A stretch of DNA of 64,000 bases from an uncultured Candidatus Actinomarina sp. (GTDB lineage Bacteria > Actinomycetota > Acidimicrobiia > Actinomarinales > Actinomarinaceae): assembly GCA_902615855.1 (NCBI GenBank), contig CACMQN010000007.1:3525-67524 (forward strand). Reading direction: 5' to 3'. A model generated the notes under the pieces. The model was not told the origin of the DNA. It saw only the letters and a program-made list of their open reading frames with translations, and made no database searches. Position 1 is the stretch's first letter. Each line of letters opens with the position of its first letter. Below are positions 11,723 to 21,603 of this stretch, one piece after another. A program made the position numbers and the translations under genes.

Positions 11723-12250
11723 TTACCTACTTTCTAAAACTGTTTTTATCTCTGAGATTTTTGAGGAAATCAATCCATCAAATGTTCTCTCACCAACACT
11801 TACGCTAAGTCCACCCAATACATCTGGATTGACTTCAACTTTTATTTCCACATCGGTGCCTAATTTTTTCTTGAGGGCACTTATTAAACTTTTTTCAGTT
11901 TTTGCATCTAATTCAACAGCTGAAACAACTTTTGCAACTGATGCCCCTCTTTTTTCAGCAATATAATTTGCGACCGAACTCTCGATATCAGAGAGGTTAT
12001 CTCCAAAACCTTGAGATATTGTCAAGGTTATTAGATCAAGAGTGAGTGGTAACACTCTTTTGTCGAGTAATGAATTAACTGCCTCTATCTTCTTTTCAAC
12101 AGGAATACCAAAATTTCTAAACACATCTAATGCTTCAGAGCTTTTTGAAAGTGCATTGAAAACTTGGAGGATTTCATTTTCAACTCTTTCAGCATCTTTA
12201 GATGAAGAAATAATTTCAACAATTCCTTTTGAGAAAGAATCAACAGACAT
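11723..12250 (-). CDS. atpH: ATP synthase delta (OSCP) subunit
   Basis: Position between atpF and atpA, 175 aa, C-terminus 'GGL.V.VG....DGS'. Confidence 0.85.
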   Translation of the reverse strand: MSVDSFSKGIVEIISSSKDAERVENEILQVFNALSKSSEALDVFRNFGIPVEKKIEAVNSLLDKRVLPLTLDLITLTISQGFGDNLSDIESSVANYIAEKRGASVAKVVSAVELDAKTEKSLISALKKKLGTDVEIKVEVNPDVLGGLSVSVGERTFDGLISSKISEIKTVLESR

Positions 12251-12254
12251 TTAC

Positions 12255-12791
12255 TTAATTCAACTCCTTAATAAACTTTTCAATTAATTTTTTTTGATCA
12301 GCTTTTGACATTGAAGAAGCTACTTTTTGAGAAATCTCAAGAGATAGATCAGCTACCTCACTTTTAAGCTCAGTAGAGACTCTTTCTTTTTCAGCGTCTG
12401 AGTCTGACTTTGCTTTTTCAATTATTGCTTCTGCTTCAGCTCTTGCTTCAGTTAAAACATCTTCTTTAAGTTTTTCTGCAGCTTGCTTACCTTCATCAAT
12501 AATTTTTTGAACTTCGGCATCAGCATTGGAAACTAAAGCATCATATTCTTGCTTTGATTTCTCAGCTTCTGATTTAGTACTTTCAGCTTCCTTAATCTGT
12601 CCTTCTATTTCAGCAGATCTTTTATCAAGTGTTTCGTTCATGGCGGGTAAAGCCCACTTCCAAACGAAGAAAAATACTACTGCAAAAGCTACTACTCCAG
12701 CTACTAATTCTGAAGTTGCAGGCAGCAATAAGTCAACACCTGAGCTTGACTCTTCTGCTTCCGCTAAAAATGTATCCAAATAAAACATCAT
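12255..12791 (-). CDS. atpF: ATP synthase Fo b subunit
   Basis: A single N-terminal TM is followed by a long charged helix. Operon position supports the call. Confidence 0.85.
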   Translation of the reverse strand: MMFYLDTFLAEAEESSSGVDLLLPATSELVAGVVAFAVVFFFVWKWALPAMNETLDKRSAEIEGQIKEAESTKSEAEKSKQEYDALVSNADAEVQKIIDEGKQAAEKLKEDVLTEARAEAEAIIEKAKSDSDAEKERVSTELKSEVADLSLEISQKVASSMSKADQKKLIEKFIKELN

Positions 12792-12793
12792 TT

Positions 12794-13009
<216 letters not shown>

Positions 13010-13013
13010 TTAA

Positions 13014-13820
13014 TTAATGCTCTGGATGCAGAGACGTCTGTATATAAACTGCTGACAACAAAGTAAATATGTATGCCTGCAGAATAGAAACTATTAATTC
13101 AAAACCATATATTGCAAGACCTAATGTAAACCATGCGAGACCAACAGGGGCTTTTGATACGATATACTCGCCTACTCCAGGTTGTACAACAAAGAAATAT
13201 GCTGAAGCCAAGAGAAGGCTTAACATTACGTGACCCGCTACAAGGTTAGCAAACAATCGAACAGCTAAACTGAATGGTCTTACAAGTAGAACTGAAACTA
13301 ACTCGATTGCGCCAACAAGAGGTTTTAAGGCTACAGGAACTCCTGGTGGCCATAGTAAGTTTGTAAAATATTTTATTCCCTCTGTTTTGATTCCAACAAA
13401 AAGAAATATTACGTAGGTGACAAGGCTTAAGAAGAGAGGAAGTGCCATGCGAGATGTAACTGGGAAATTGATAAGTGGAGTGACTTCAAATAAGTTACCA
13501 ACCAAGATAAACATAAAAACTGAAATTAAATATGGTGTAAATTTCTCTCCACCTCGGCCAATTACACCGAGGGCTATTTCATCTTTCACGAAAGTAAAGA
13601 TGCTTTCAACTACAGATTGAAGTCTTCCAGGGACAACTGATTTTTTTCTAAGCCCAAAAAACATTAAAACTACAGGGATAATCGCAGCTAAAAGTATAAG
13701 AATTTCTGTTCGGGAGATATCAGAAGATCCAAAGTTCCCAAATTCGAACAAAGAGTTTACATTTTTAGGTTTGCAAACAACGTTGTTAATAAAATCACAA
13801 GTCTCAGCTGCTGTTATCAT
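13014..13820 (-). CDS. atpB: ATP synthase Fo a subunit
   Basis: Multi-pass protein with the essential Arg motif 'RLFANLVAGH'. Confidence 0.95.
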   Translation of the reverse strand: MITAAETCDFINNVVCKPKNVNSLFEFGNFGSSDISRTEILILLAAIIPVVLMFFGLRKKSVVPGRLQSVVESIFTFVKDEIALGVIGRGGEKFTPYLISVFMFILVGNLFEVTPLINFPVTSRMALPLFLSLVTYVIFLFVGIKTEGIKYFTNLLWPPGVPVALKPLVGAIELVSVLLVRPFSLAVRLFANLVAGHVMLSLLLASAYFFVVQPGVGEYIVSKAPVGLAWFTLGLAIYGFELIVSILQAYIFTLLSAVYIQTSLHPEH

Positions 13821-14208
13821 TTGCCCAATCTAAGTCAGTGTCTTTTCTCTTAATTACCATAGCCATTTCTAAGAATAACATACTTAAAAACACGATTGGC
13901 ACTGTCAAAGACATTGCCAATTCATCAATAGAATATAAGCTTCTCAGTAATAAGAGAAGTCCAAAAATGAAAATTAATCTGAATAAATATCCAAAAATTG
14001 CGGCGAAGTAATAAAAATTCAATGAGATTTTTGCAGCATACGACATGATGACTGCACCCAAATAAAATCCAATTGCAACAATTATTGAAGACGCTAGAGA
14101 TGTAACAAAAGCATTTTGTGATCTAATTAAAAAAAGAAGTGGGCAAAGAATATAAATTATTGACGCCCTTTTAAGCATTCTTGTAGCTAGTACTAATTCA
14201 ACATTCAT
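13804..14208 (-). CDS. AtpI-like small membrane protein preceding atpB
   Basis: 134 aa with about 4 TM helices, in the position typical of atpI. There is no diagnostic motif. Confidence 0.5.
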   Translation of the reverse strand: MNVELVLATRMLKRASIIYILCPLLFLIRSQNAFVTSLASSIIVAIGFYLGAVIMSYAAKISLNFYYFAAIFGYLFRLIFIFGLLLLLRSLYSIDELAMSLTVPIVFLSMLFLEMAMVIKRKDTDLDWANDNSS

Positions 14209-14417
14209 TGATCTTGTTCAAGCTTTTTTGAAATTTTCCACATTCTTCTGAATCCATCATAAATTCCAACAAACAAAAAGATGATAACTGTGTACGGCTC
14301 AAACCCGATAAAATTTTGGACAAGTAAACCCACTAACAGACCGCTAATTATTGAAGTTGAAAACGAACTTACTGGACCGTAGTCTTCTAAATTTAATTTT
14401 CTTTGATTGTTAGACAT
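14205..14417 (-). CDS. AtpZ/AtpI-family small membrane protein
   Basis: 70 aa with two TM helices, ATGA-coupled to the next gene at the head of the atp operon. Confidence 0.45.
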   Translation of the reverse strand: MSNNQRKLNLEDYGPVSSFSTSIISGLLVGLLVQNFIGFEPYTVIIFLFVGIYDGFRRMWKISKKLEQDQ

Positions 14418-15672
14418 ATGGCTTGTATTGTGAAGCTAACTCTTTGACTTCATCTTTTAATTCATCAAGCTTGTTTGAATCTGATCTATTTTTTAGAATT
14501 TCTGAAATTAAATATCCTACTTTTGTTAATTCACTTTCCTTCATTCCACATGTTGTTGCAGCTGGCGTACCCATTCTTATGCCTGATGTAACAAATGGTG
14601 ATCTCTCATCAAATGGAATGGCATTTCGATTTAGAGTAATTCCCATTTCATTGAGTAAAATACCTGCATCTTTGCCAGTTAACTCTTCGTCAACACTGTT
14701 TGTATCAACTAATACAATGTGATTAGTTGTTCCCCCGCTCACAACTCTTAGACCTTCATTTATGAAAGAGTCAGAGAGTGCTGAGGCATTCTTTAAAATT
14801 TGAGCGGTATAATCTTGAAAATCTTTTGATAGTGCTTCTTTAAAGCAAACGGCCTTTGCTGCAATCTGGTTATTTAATGCTCCACCTTGTGCTCCTGGGA
14901 AAATATTTTTATCTACACCTTTTGCAAATTCCTCTGTTGATAAAATCATTCCACCTCTTGGACCTCTCAGTGCTTTATGCGTTGTCGCAGTCACAACATC
15001 AGCATATTTCATTGGATTCTCAACAACCTTACCGGCAACAAGGCCAATAAAATGTGCGGCATCAACCATAAAATAAGCTCCAACTGAATCAGCAATCTCT
15101 CTAAAAGCCTTGTAATTAAGCTCCTGAGAATAAGATGAGTATCCTGCAATTAGTAATTTTGGTTTTGTTTCCTCTGCTAATTTTGCAACATCATCCATAT
15201 TGATCAGTTCAGTTTCTTTATCTAATCCATAACCAACAAAGTTATACATTCTTCCAGAAAAGTTAACAGGAGAACCGTGTGTTAAATGCCCACCTTGGTC
15301 AAGAGACATACCCATAACGGTGTCACCAGCTTCTAGGAGGTTTAAGTAGACTGCCATGTTTGCTGATGATCCTGAATGAGGCTGGACGTTTGCATGATCT
15401 GCCTCAAATAATTCACATGCTCTGTCAATTGCGAGTTGTTCTATCTCATCAACAGTCTCACAACCCTCGTAATATCTTCTTCCTGGAAAACCTTCTGAAT
15501 ACTTGTTTGTAAGAATAGAACCTGACGCCTGCATCACTGCCTTTGATGCAAAGTTCTCTGAAGCAATTAAATGTATATGTGAGTTTTGACGTGCTAAATC
15601 ATTATCAATTAATGATGCTATCTCATTATCTGTTTCAAATAATTCAGTGTTTAATGCGCCAGTATTTTCCAT
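14410..15672 (-). CDS. glyA: Serine hydroxymethyltransferase
   Basis: PLP-lysine motif '[12 protein letters not shown]' and 'SENF.S'. Confidence 0.97.
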   Translation of the reverse strand: MENTGALNTELFETDNEIASLIDNDLARQNSHIHLIASENFASKAVMQASGSILTNKYSEGFPGRRYYEGCETVDEIEQLAIDRACELFEADHANVQPHSGSSANMAVYLNLLEAGDTVMGMSLDQGGHLTHGSPVNFSGRMYNFVGYGLDKETELINMDDVAKLAEETKPKLLIAGYSSYSQELNYKAFREIADSVGAYFMVDAAHFIGLVAGKVVENPMKYADVVTATTHKALRGPRGGMILSTEEFAKGVDKNIFPGAQGGALNNQIAAKAVCFKEALSKDFQDYTAQILKNASALSDSFINEGLRVVSGGTTNHIVLVDTNSVDEELTGKDAGILLNEMGITLNRNAIPFDERSPFVTSGIRMGTPAATTCGMKESELTKVGYLISEILKNRSDSNKLDELKDEVKELASQYKPYV

Positions 15673-15681
15673 ATCTACACT

Positions 15682-16269
15682 TTAACAGTAACTTGGAGGC
15701 CATTTAAGTGGCCCTTGCCTTAAAATTTCCCCACCTGTAACTCTAAAATCGACAACTGTAGATCCATCTCCATGGATTGATGTTCCCTCTAAATAATATC
15801 CAATATTGTCTTTAAACATTTCATACGCCTCACTGTCGTTCTTTGCTTCTTCGTCGCCAGAGGTGTTTGCACTTGTAACTGCCAGTGGACCAATTTCATT
15901 TAATAGTTGTATAGTTAGTTCATTATCAGGAACTCTTAATCCAATTGTGTTTGGATTTTTTGTACCGACACCATCAACATATTCTTCATTGGTTTCAACA
16001 ACTGCAGTCAGAGGTCCTGGCCAGTAGAGATCTACAATTTCAGGTACTTGTGTAACAAGATCAAGTTGTTGCAAATATGTGTATGAGGGAATAAGTAATG
16101 AGATAGGTTTTGAGTCATCTCTTTCTTTCAATTCGAATAATTTTTCTACAGCTTCTTTTGAGTTTGGATTGACGCCTATACCGTAAACGGTTTCTGTGGG
16201 AATACCAACAACTTCATTTTTATTAATTGCATCTATTGCTTGTGAGATATTATCGCCTTGCATAAACAT
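15682..16269 (-). CDS. tsaC: L-threonylcarbamoyladenylate synthase (Sua5/YwlC/TsaC family, short form)
   Basis: 'PTETVYGIG', 'PGPLT' and 'SANTSG'. Confidence 0.85.
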   Translation of the reverse strand: MFMQGDNISQAIDAINKNEVVGIPTETVYGIGVNPNSKEAVEKLFELKERDDSKPISLLIPSYTYLQQLDLVTQVPEIVDLYWPGPLTAVVETNEEYVDGVGTKNPNTIGLRVPDNELTIQLLNEIGPLAVTSANTSGDEEAKNDSEAYEMFKDNIGYYLEGTSIHGDGSTVVDFRVTGGEILRQGPLKWPPSYC

Positions 16270-17002
16270 ACCTATCTTTGTCTGCCAAGTCTTTAATTAA
16301 TTCTACATCGTCATAGTTATTCAATAATTCAATTACTTTCTGGCCAAATCTCTCATCTATCTCAAGAAATATTTCAAAGTCTTTGTATTCTTTATGATCA
16401 ATTTGATTTATGAGGTTTTGAATAATGTTGATCCCATCATTATCTCCACCATCAAGTGCATTTAAGGGTTCGTAATTAAGCACTTCTAAATCAAGAGTTT
16501 CAATTTCACTACTTGGTATATATGGTAAGTTTGCAATTATTAAGTCAAAATTACTACTACTTACTTCATTAAGGAGATCTGATTGGATGAATTCAATATT
16601 CATTCCATTGAGGGTTGCGTTTTCAGTAGCTAATTGAATAGCAAAAGGTGAGATATCGATCCCTTTTACTTCAGCTTCTGGATATAAATGTTTCATCATC
16701 AGACTTATACAACCAGAACCAGTACCAACATCTAATATACTTTTTGGTTTTACAACCTTGTTTTTAATTATCTCGATCAAATACTCTGTTTCAGGTCTTG
16801 GAATTAATGCACGTTCATCTACTTTTAACTGGACGGTATAAAAGGGCATGAATTCTTCAATATATTGAATTGGTTCATGATTTAACCTGCGTGTAAGTAG
16901 TGTTGAATATTCATTTTGATATTCTGTTTTACTACCAGAGATTTCTTGAGCTTTTTGTTTTAACCTCTCAAGTTCATGATTTGGAATAGATTTTATATCC
17001 AA
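16250..17002 (-). CDS. prmC: Release-factor glutamine methyltransferase PrmC/HemK
   Basis: SAM motif 'ILDVGTGSGCI'. Motif IV reads 'IIANLPYIP' (NLPY instead of NPPY). Position is after prfA. Confidence 0.8.
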   Translation of the reverse strand: MDIKSIPNHELERLKQKAQEISGSKTEYQNEYSTLLTRRLNHEPIQYIEEFMPFYTVQLKVDERALIPRPETEYLIEIIKNKVVKPKSILDVGTGSGCISLMMKHLYPEAEVKGIDISPFAIQLATENATLNGMNIEFIQSDLLNEVSSSNFDLIIANLPYIPSSEIETLDLEVLNYEPLNALDGGDNDGINIIQNLINQIDHKEYKDFEIFLEIDERFGQKVIELLNNYDDVELIKDLADKDRYVYARR

Positions 17003-18085
17003 TTATTCCTCTAAAGTTGCGAGTCTTGTTGTTTCATTATCTGCTATCAGAGCGTCAATAAAATCACTTAAATCACCATCTAGTACCTGGTCTAGTTTCT
17101 TCAGGGTTAAGTTGATTCGATGATCAGATACCCTGTTGTCTTTATAATTGTAAGTTCTTATTTTGTCAGATCGCTCACCAGAACCTACTTGTTCTTTTCT
17201 ATTCTTTGCTCGTTCAGCTTCAGCTTCGTCTTGACGTGCTTTGAGCAATCTTGCTCTTAAAATTCTCATAGCTTTTTCTTTATTTTGTAGTTGTGACTTT
17301 TCATCTTGGCAGGAGACAACAAGCCCAGTAGGAACATGAGTAATTCTTACGGCTGAGTCTGTTGTGTTCACACTTTGGCCACCTGGTCCACTTGATCTGT
17401 AGACATCAACTTTTAAATCATTTTGATCAATATCTATATCTACTTCCTCAGCTTCAGGTAAGACAGCTACGGTTGCAATAGAAGTATGGACTCTTCCTTG
17501 TGACTCTGTTTTAGGTATTCTCTGTACTCTGTGTGCACCAGCTTCAAATTTAAGTTTTGAATAAACACCTTTAGATTTTATAGCAAAGATAACTTTGCTA
17601 TATCCTCCCATATCAGAATCAGTCATCTCTATCTTTTCAACATTCCATGAGTTACGTTCCGCAAAACGTGAATACATTTTAAATAGATCCCCAACCCAAA
17701 TAGATGCTTCCTCGCCACCTGCTCCAGGTCGGATCTCTACAAGAACATCTTTCTCATCAGATGGGTCTTTTGGTAGTAAGCCAACTTTTATTTTTGTAAC
17801 AATGTTTTCAATCTCAGCAGTTGAGTTTTTAATGATATCCTCATATTCACTCTTCATCTCTTCGTCGGTTTCCTCATTAAGCAACTCTTCAGCATCTGAT
17901 ATGTCTGAAATTAGTGTTTCCCATTGTCTGAAAAGCTCAACAATTGAAGACATATCACTGTGTTTTTTTGCCATCTCAGCATATTTATTTGGATCACTTG
18001 AGATATCAACTTTTGATAGATCATCTTCTAATTGTTTTTGTGACTCAACTATTGCTGTAAGTTTTTTAATTAATGTTTCATCCAT
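17003..18085 (-). CDS. prfA: Peptide chain release factor 1
   Basis: 'SGPGGQSVN' and the PxT-type tripeptide 'QRIPKTESQGRVHTS'. Confidence 0.97.
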   Translation of the reverse strand: MDETLIKKLTAIVESQKQLEDDLSKVDISSDPNKYAEMAKKHSDMSSIVELFRQWETLISDISDAEELLNEETDEEMKSEYEDIIKNSTAEIENIVTKIKVGLLPKDPSDEKDVLVEIRPGAGGEEASIWVGDLFKMYSRFAERNSWNVEKIEMTDSDMGGYSKVIFAIKSKGVYSKLKFEAGAHRVQRIPKTESQGRVHTSIATVAVLPEAEEVDIDIDQNDLKVDVYRSSGPGGQSVNTTDSAVRITHVPTGLVVSCQDEKSQLQNKEKAMRILRARLLKARQDEAEAERAKNRKEQVGSGERSDKIRTYNYKDNRVSDHRINLTLKKLDQVLDGDLSDFIDALIADNETTRLATLEE

Positions 18086-18989
18086 GAGTTACCTCTTTTG
18101 TATTTTCAAGAAAATTATCAAGTTCATCAGTTTTTTCACTATGTTTTATACAGTTTGCCATAGCTACTCTTGCGACTTCAATTTGGTCATCAGATGGAGG
18201 TTTTGTTGTCATTTTCTGCATCCATATTCCAGGAGTACTAAAAAATCTTGAAAAAAGTGACCCTGAATATTGAAAATTTAGTTTAAGTATCTCATATGAA
18301 AGCATGGCAACGACAAACACATGAACAATACGTGTTACAAGTGTCATAAAAATACTCAACGTTGGAATAAATGGAAGCGTTAACAAACTAACAAAAACTA
18401 TCAAAAATATGAATGCGGTTCCACATCGAATGTGTTCTTTAGGGAAAGTCTTAATATGATCAAGATTGAGATCTCTGTTATTTTCAAAAGCTGCAATGGT
18501 CATGTGCTCTGCACCGTGAAATTCGAATAGCTCTTGTGCATCTTTTGTTTTTCCAATAAGGAAAATGTAAAGAACAACGATTATTCCACGTAAAAGTCCC
18601 TCATATAATCCTTTCGATGTCTGATCTGTTTCAATTAAATCGATCAGTAATCTTGGTCCTGCAATAAGCAGCGAGAGAAACACAACAATAAAAACGTAGT
18701 TAAAGATTTTATTAATAAGTGTTGGTTCTGGCTCATCCTCATAATATATTTCATCAGACATCGTTAAACCTTGATAGCCAACGTATAAAGAATCAATGAG
18801 TGATCCAATACCACGCATTAATGGAAGTTTAAAAATACCGGGCCTTCTAACCAAGGGCGTTCTCTCTTTAAAAAACTTTACAATTTCATTATTTTGATTT
18901 CTTACAGCAACTGACCAACCCTTTGGGCTTTGAATTAGGACACCACTTATTACAGCTTGTCCACCATAAGAAATATCATTTTCAGACAT
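18078..18989 (-). CDS. DUF1385-family membrane protein (commonly found between rpmE and prfA)
   Basis: N-terminus 'YGGQAV.SGV' and 'HGAEH' are typical of DUF1385. The C-terminal half is multi-pass. Confidence 0.65.
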   Translation of the reverse strand: MSENDISYGGQAVISGVLIQSPKGWSVAVRNQNNEIVKFFKERTPLVRRPGIFKLPLMRGIGSLIDSLYVGYQGLTMSDEIYYEDEPEPTLINKIFNYVFIVVFLSLLIAGPRLLIDLIETDQTSKGLYEGLLRGIIVVLYIFLIGKTKDAQELFEFHGAEHMTIAAFENNRDLNLDHIKTFPKEHIRCGTAFIFLIVFVSLLTLPFIPTLSIFMTLVTRIVHVFVVAMLSYEILKLNFQYSGSLFSRFFSTPGIWMQKMTTKPPSDDQIEVARVAMANCIKHSEKTDELDNFLENTKEVTHG

Positions 18990-19010
18990 TAGAAAAAGGG
19001 ATTAAAGAAG

Positions 19011-19304
19011 TTATTCTTCTTCTTGAGAAGAAACTTCTTGCTTAGGTGCTTGTCTTGTACTTGTTGAACCGTATCGTTGTTTGAATCTTTCAACTCTACC
19101 TGTGGAGTCAACAAGTTTTTGTTTTCCAGTAAAAAAAGGATGGCTTGCACTAGAGATTTCTAGTTTTACAAGTGGATATTCTTTTCCATCTTCCCAAGTA
19201 ATTGTTTCAGATGTCTTAATGGTTGATCTTGTAAGAAATGCAAAATCAGCATCTTCATCTCTGAAAACAACTTCTTTATATTCGGGATGTATATCTTTTT
19301 TCAC
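19011..19304 (-). CDS. rpmE: Ribosomal protein L31, type B (no CxxC zinc motif), with a polar C-terminal tail
   Basis: 'MKKDIHPEY...[21 protein letters not shown]'. Confidence 0.9.
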   Translation of the reverse strand: MKKDIHPEYKEVVFRDEDADFAFLTRSTIKTSETITWEDGKEYPLVKLEISSASHPFFTGKQKLVDSTGRVERFKQRYGSTSTRQAPKQEVSSQEEE

Positions 19305-19319
19305 AGTGTCTACTTTACT

Positions 19320-20669
19320 TTATTTATTGGTTTTTGCGACATCCTTTAAGAATGCGTCATTGCTTTTAAGAGTTTTAAGCCTATCAATCAATAATTCTGT
19401 TGCTGCACCACCCTCAAGGCCAACAAGAACTCTTCTTAGAGTCCATAATGACTCAAGTTCTTTTGGAGAAACTAGTCGTTGTTCTTCACGAGTTCCAGAT
19501 GGAGTAACATCTATTGCTGGAAATACTCTTTTATCTGCAAGTTGTCTATCTAAACGAAGCTCCATATTTCCAGTGCCCTTAAATTCTTCAAAGATAACTT
19601 CATCCATTTTTGAGCCAGTCTCAACGAGTGCAGTACCAAGAATTGTTAGGCTTCCTCCACCTTCTATGTTTCTAGCTGCACCAAAGAATTGTTTTGGAGG
19701 GGTTAATGCAGTCGAATCAACACCACCTGATAATATTCTTCCACTAGCTGGGGTAGCTAAGTTATGAGCTCTTGCAAGTCTTGTAATGGAATCCAATAAA
19801 ATTACTACATCCTTACCTTCTTCGACTAATCTTTTTGCTCTTTCGATAGCTAATTTAGACACTTGAGTGTGCTCATCTGGTGGTCTATCAAAGGTTGAAA
19901 ATACAACTTCACCATCTACAGAACGTTGCATGTCCGTTACCTCTTCTGGTCTTTCATCAACAAGAACAACCATTAAATAAACTTCCGGGTTATTAGCAGT
20001 AATAGAGTTTGCAATTTCTTTAAGAATTGTAGTTTTACCTGCTTTTGGTGGAGAAACGATCAATCCTCTCTGACCTTTCCCTATAGGAGCAATAAGGTCT
20101 ACTATTCTTCCAACTAGTCGTTCTGGTTCTCCATCAATCTCAAGTTTTAATCTCTCATCAGGAAAAAGAGGTGTAAGTTTATCAAAGTCTACTCTACGAG
20201 CCAAAAGTTCTGGATCAGCTCCATTTACTGTTTTAGGTTCAACTAATGCGGGATACTTTTCTTTTGCACGAGGTGCGCGAATTGGTCCTGTAACAAGATC
20301 TCCTTTTCTCATTCTAAATTTTTTGATAGCCCCTGCTGCAACATAAACATCCATCTCACTCGGTTTATAACCGTTGCATCTTAAAAATCCATAACCCTCT
20401 GGAAGAATATCAAGAATACCCTCCCTTGTTTCACCTTCTTTAATTTGGCTATCTCCAGAATTTACAACTGATGGCATATCATTATCTGAAGCTACAACTG
20501 CTACTTCTTCTTCAGTACCATCTGCAATATCGCCAATTGCATCTCCTTGTTCTAGTAAAAGATCAATTAATTTTGCTTTTTGGAGGCCTTTGTGTTCAAG
20601 ACCTAGACCATCTGCGATTTGACGAAGATCTGCTACTGGTTTTGATTGTAATTGTGACCTTGCGGACAT
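19320..20669 (-). CDS. rho: Transcription termination factor Rho
   Basis: N-terminal 'L..IA..LG', an RNA-binding domain, and Walker A 'SPPKAGKTT'. Confidence 0.97.
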   Translation of the reverse strand: MSARSQLQSKPVADLRQIADGLGLEHKGLQKAKLIDLLLEQGDAIGDIADGTEEEVAVVASDNDMPSVVNSGDSQIKEGETREGILDILPEGYGFLRCNGYKPSEMDVYVAAGAIKKFRMRKGDLVTGPIRAPRAKEKYPALVEPKTVNGADPELLARRVDFDKLTPLFPDERLKLEIDGEPERLVGRIVDLIAPIGKGQRGLIVSPPKAGKTTILKEIANSITANNPEVYLMVVLVDERPEEVTDMQRSVDGEVVFSTFDRPPDEHTQVSKLAIERAKRLVEEGKDVVILLDSITRLARAHNLATPASGRILSGGVDSTALTPPKQFFGAARNIEGGGSLTILGTALVETGSKMDEVIFEEFKGTGNMELRLDRQLADKRVFPAIDVTPSGTREEQRLVSPKELESLWTLRRVLVGLEGGAATELLIDRLKTLKSNDAFLKDVAKTNK

Positions 20670-20721
20670 ATTTCTCCTAATTTCAAAACATTCGTGGTTT
20701 GGAATGAATTGTGATTTAAAT

Positions 20722-20736
20722 TTGTCTGAAAGACAA
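20722..20736 (-). terminator. Weak hairpin downstream of the accessory cassette (TTGTCT-ttc-AGACAA)
   Basis: 6-bp stem with a 3-nt loop, followed only by 'ATTT' on the minus strand. Confidence 0.2.
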
Positions 20737-20784
20737 TCTTATTATATACATAGCAATTTTAAATTTACAATATTTTAAATTTTT

Positions 20785-21603
20785 TTAACTAGTACAAGAT
20801 GTTATATATTTTGTGAGATATTCCTTTTCATTTAAAGTCAAACCACCCAAAGTACGATAATGGTTATATGAACCACCATAATAAAGAACAAGTGCATCCA
20901 CTAAAAATTCTTCCCCTCCAAAAAAATTTCTAGCTTCTTGTCTGTAGTTGTTGTTTGTTTCAGTAGCACAGTTTCTTGTTGAGTATGAAAATGCATGCAA
21001 AGACTCATGTAATAAAACATCATAAGCAACATTTGCCTCAAACGCTCGATTTGAAATCCAAATTGAGAAACTCCATTCAGCATTTTTAGATCCATCTGAG
21101 CTTGTTCCTGGTTGGTCCCAGACACCATATGGACATCTTTCAATTAATAATTTACCGTATTGATGACAACCGTTAATAATTGATATGTTATTCGTATCAA
21201 TTATATCTAAGAGTAATTCAGGTAGACCCATCGATAATTGTTCTAATTTAGATTGATTCAGACCTTCAAAACCTGCATAACTAGAAAATGGTCCGATATA
21301 AGTTGTAGTCGTTGAAGAAGTGGTTGACGTTGTTGGAGCAGTGGTTGTAGTCGTTGATGAAGTGGTTGACGTTGTTGGAGCAGTGGTTGTAGTCGTTGAA
21401 GAAGTGGTTGACGTTGTTGGAGCAGTAGTTGTCGTGATAGTTGAATCATTGGTTATCATCGTATTTTCAATATTTTTTGCTTCATCTTTGTTAACAATAA
21501 TTTCTTCTTCAGTAGTAATAACATTTTCCTGGTTTGAATTAATTACAACTAATGAAATTGCTAACAATAACAATAAAAATGAATTTATATATCTGTTGAT
21601 CAT
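20785..21603 (-). CDS. Secreted Thr/Ser-rich protein with an HExxH zinc-metallopeptidase-like motif
   Basis: Signal peptide, three copies of 'APTTSTTSSTTTTT', a C-terminal domain with 'LLHESLHAF' (20995-21009), and several Cys. Confidence 0.6.
   Translation of the reverse strand: MINRYINSFLLLLLAISLVVINSNQENVITTEEEIIVNKDEAKNIENTMITNDSTITTTTAPTTSTTSSTTTTTAPTTSTTSSTTTTTAPTTSTTSSTTTTYIGPFSSYAGFEGLNQSKLEQLSMGLPELLLDIIDTNNISIINGCHQYGKLLIERCPYGVWDQPGTSSDGSKNAEWSFSIWISNRAFEANVAYDVLLHESLHAFSYSTRNCATETNNNYRQEARNFFGGEEFLVDALVLYYGGSYNHYRTLGGLTLNEKEYLTKYITSCTS
21301..21441 (-). repeat. 42-nt tandem coding repeat x3 (APTTSTTSSTTTTT)
   Basis: Near-identical nucleotide units are visible on the + strand (gtggttgacgttgttggagcagtggttgtagtcgttga...). 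Confidence 0.9.

Noticed and set aside
17595-18251. 218-aa + strand ORF
   Set aside because: It is antisense to the strongly supported prfA and DUF1385 genes. Its composition is low-complexity and Ser-rich, typical of a shadow frame.
19081-19767. 228-aa + strand ORF
   Set aside because: It is antisense to rpmE and rho, with no motifs. It is a shadow ORF.
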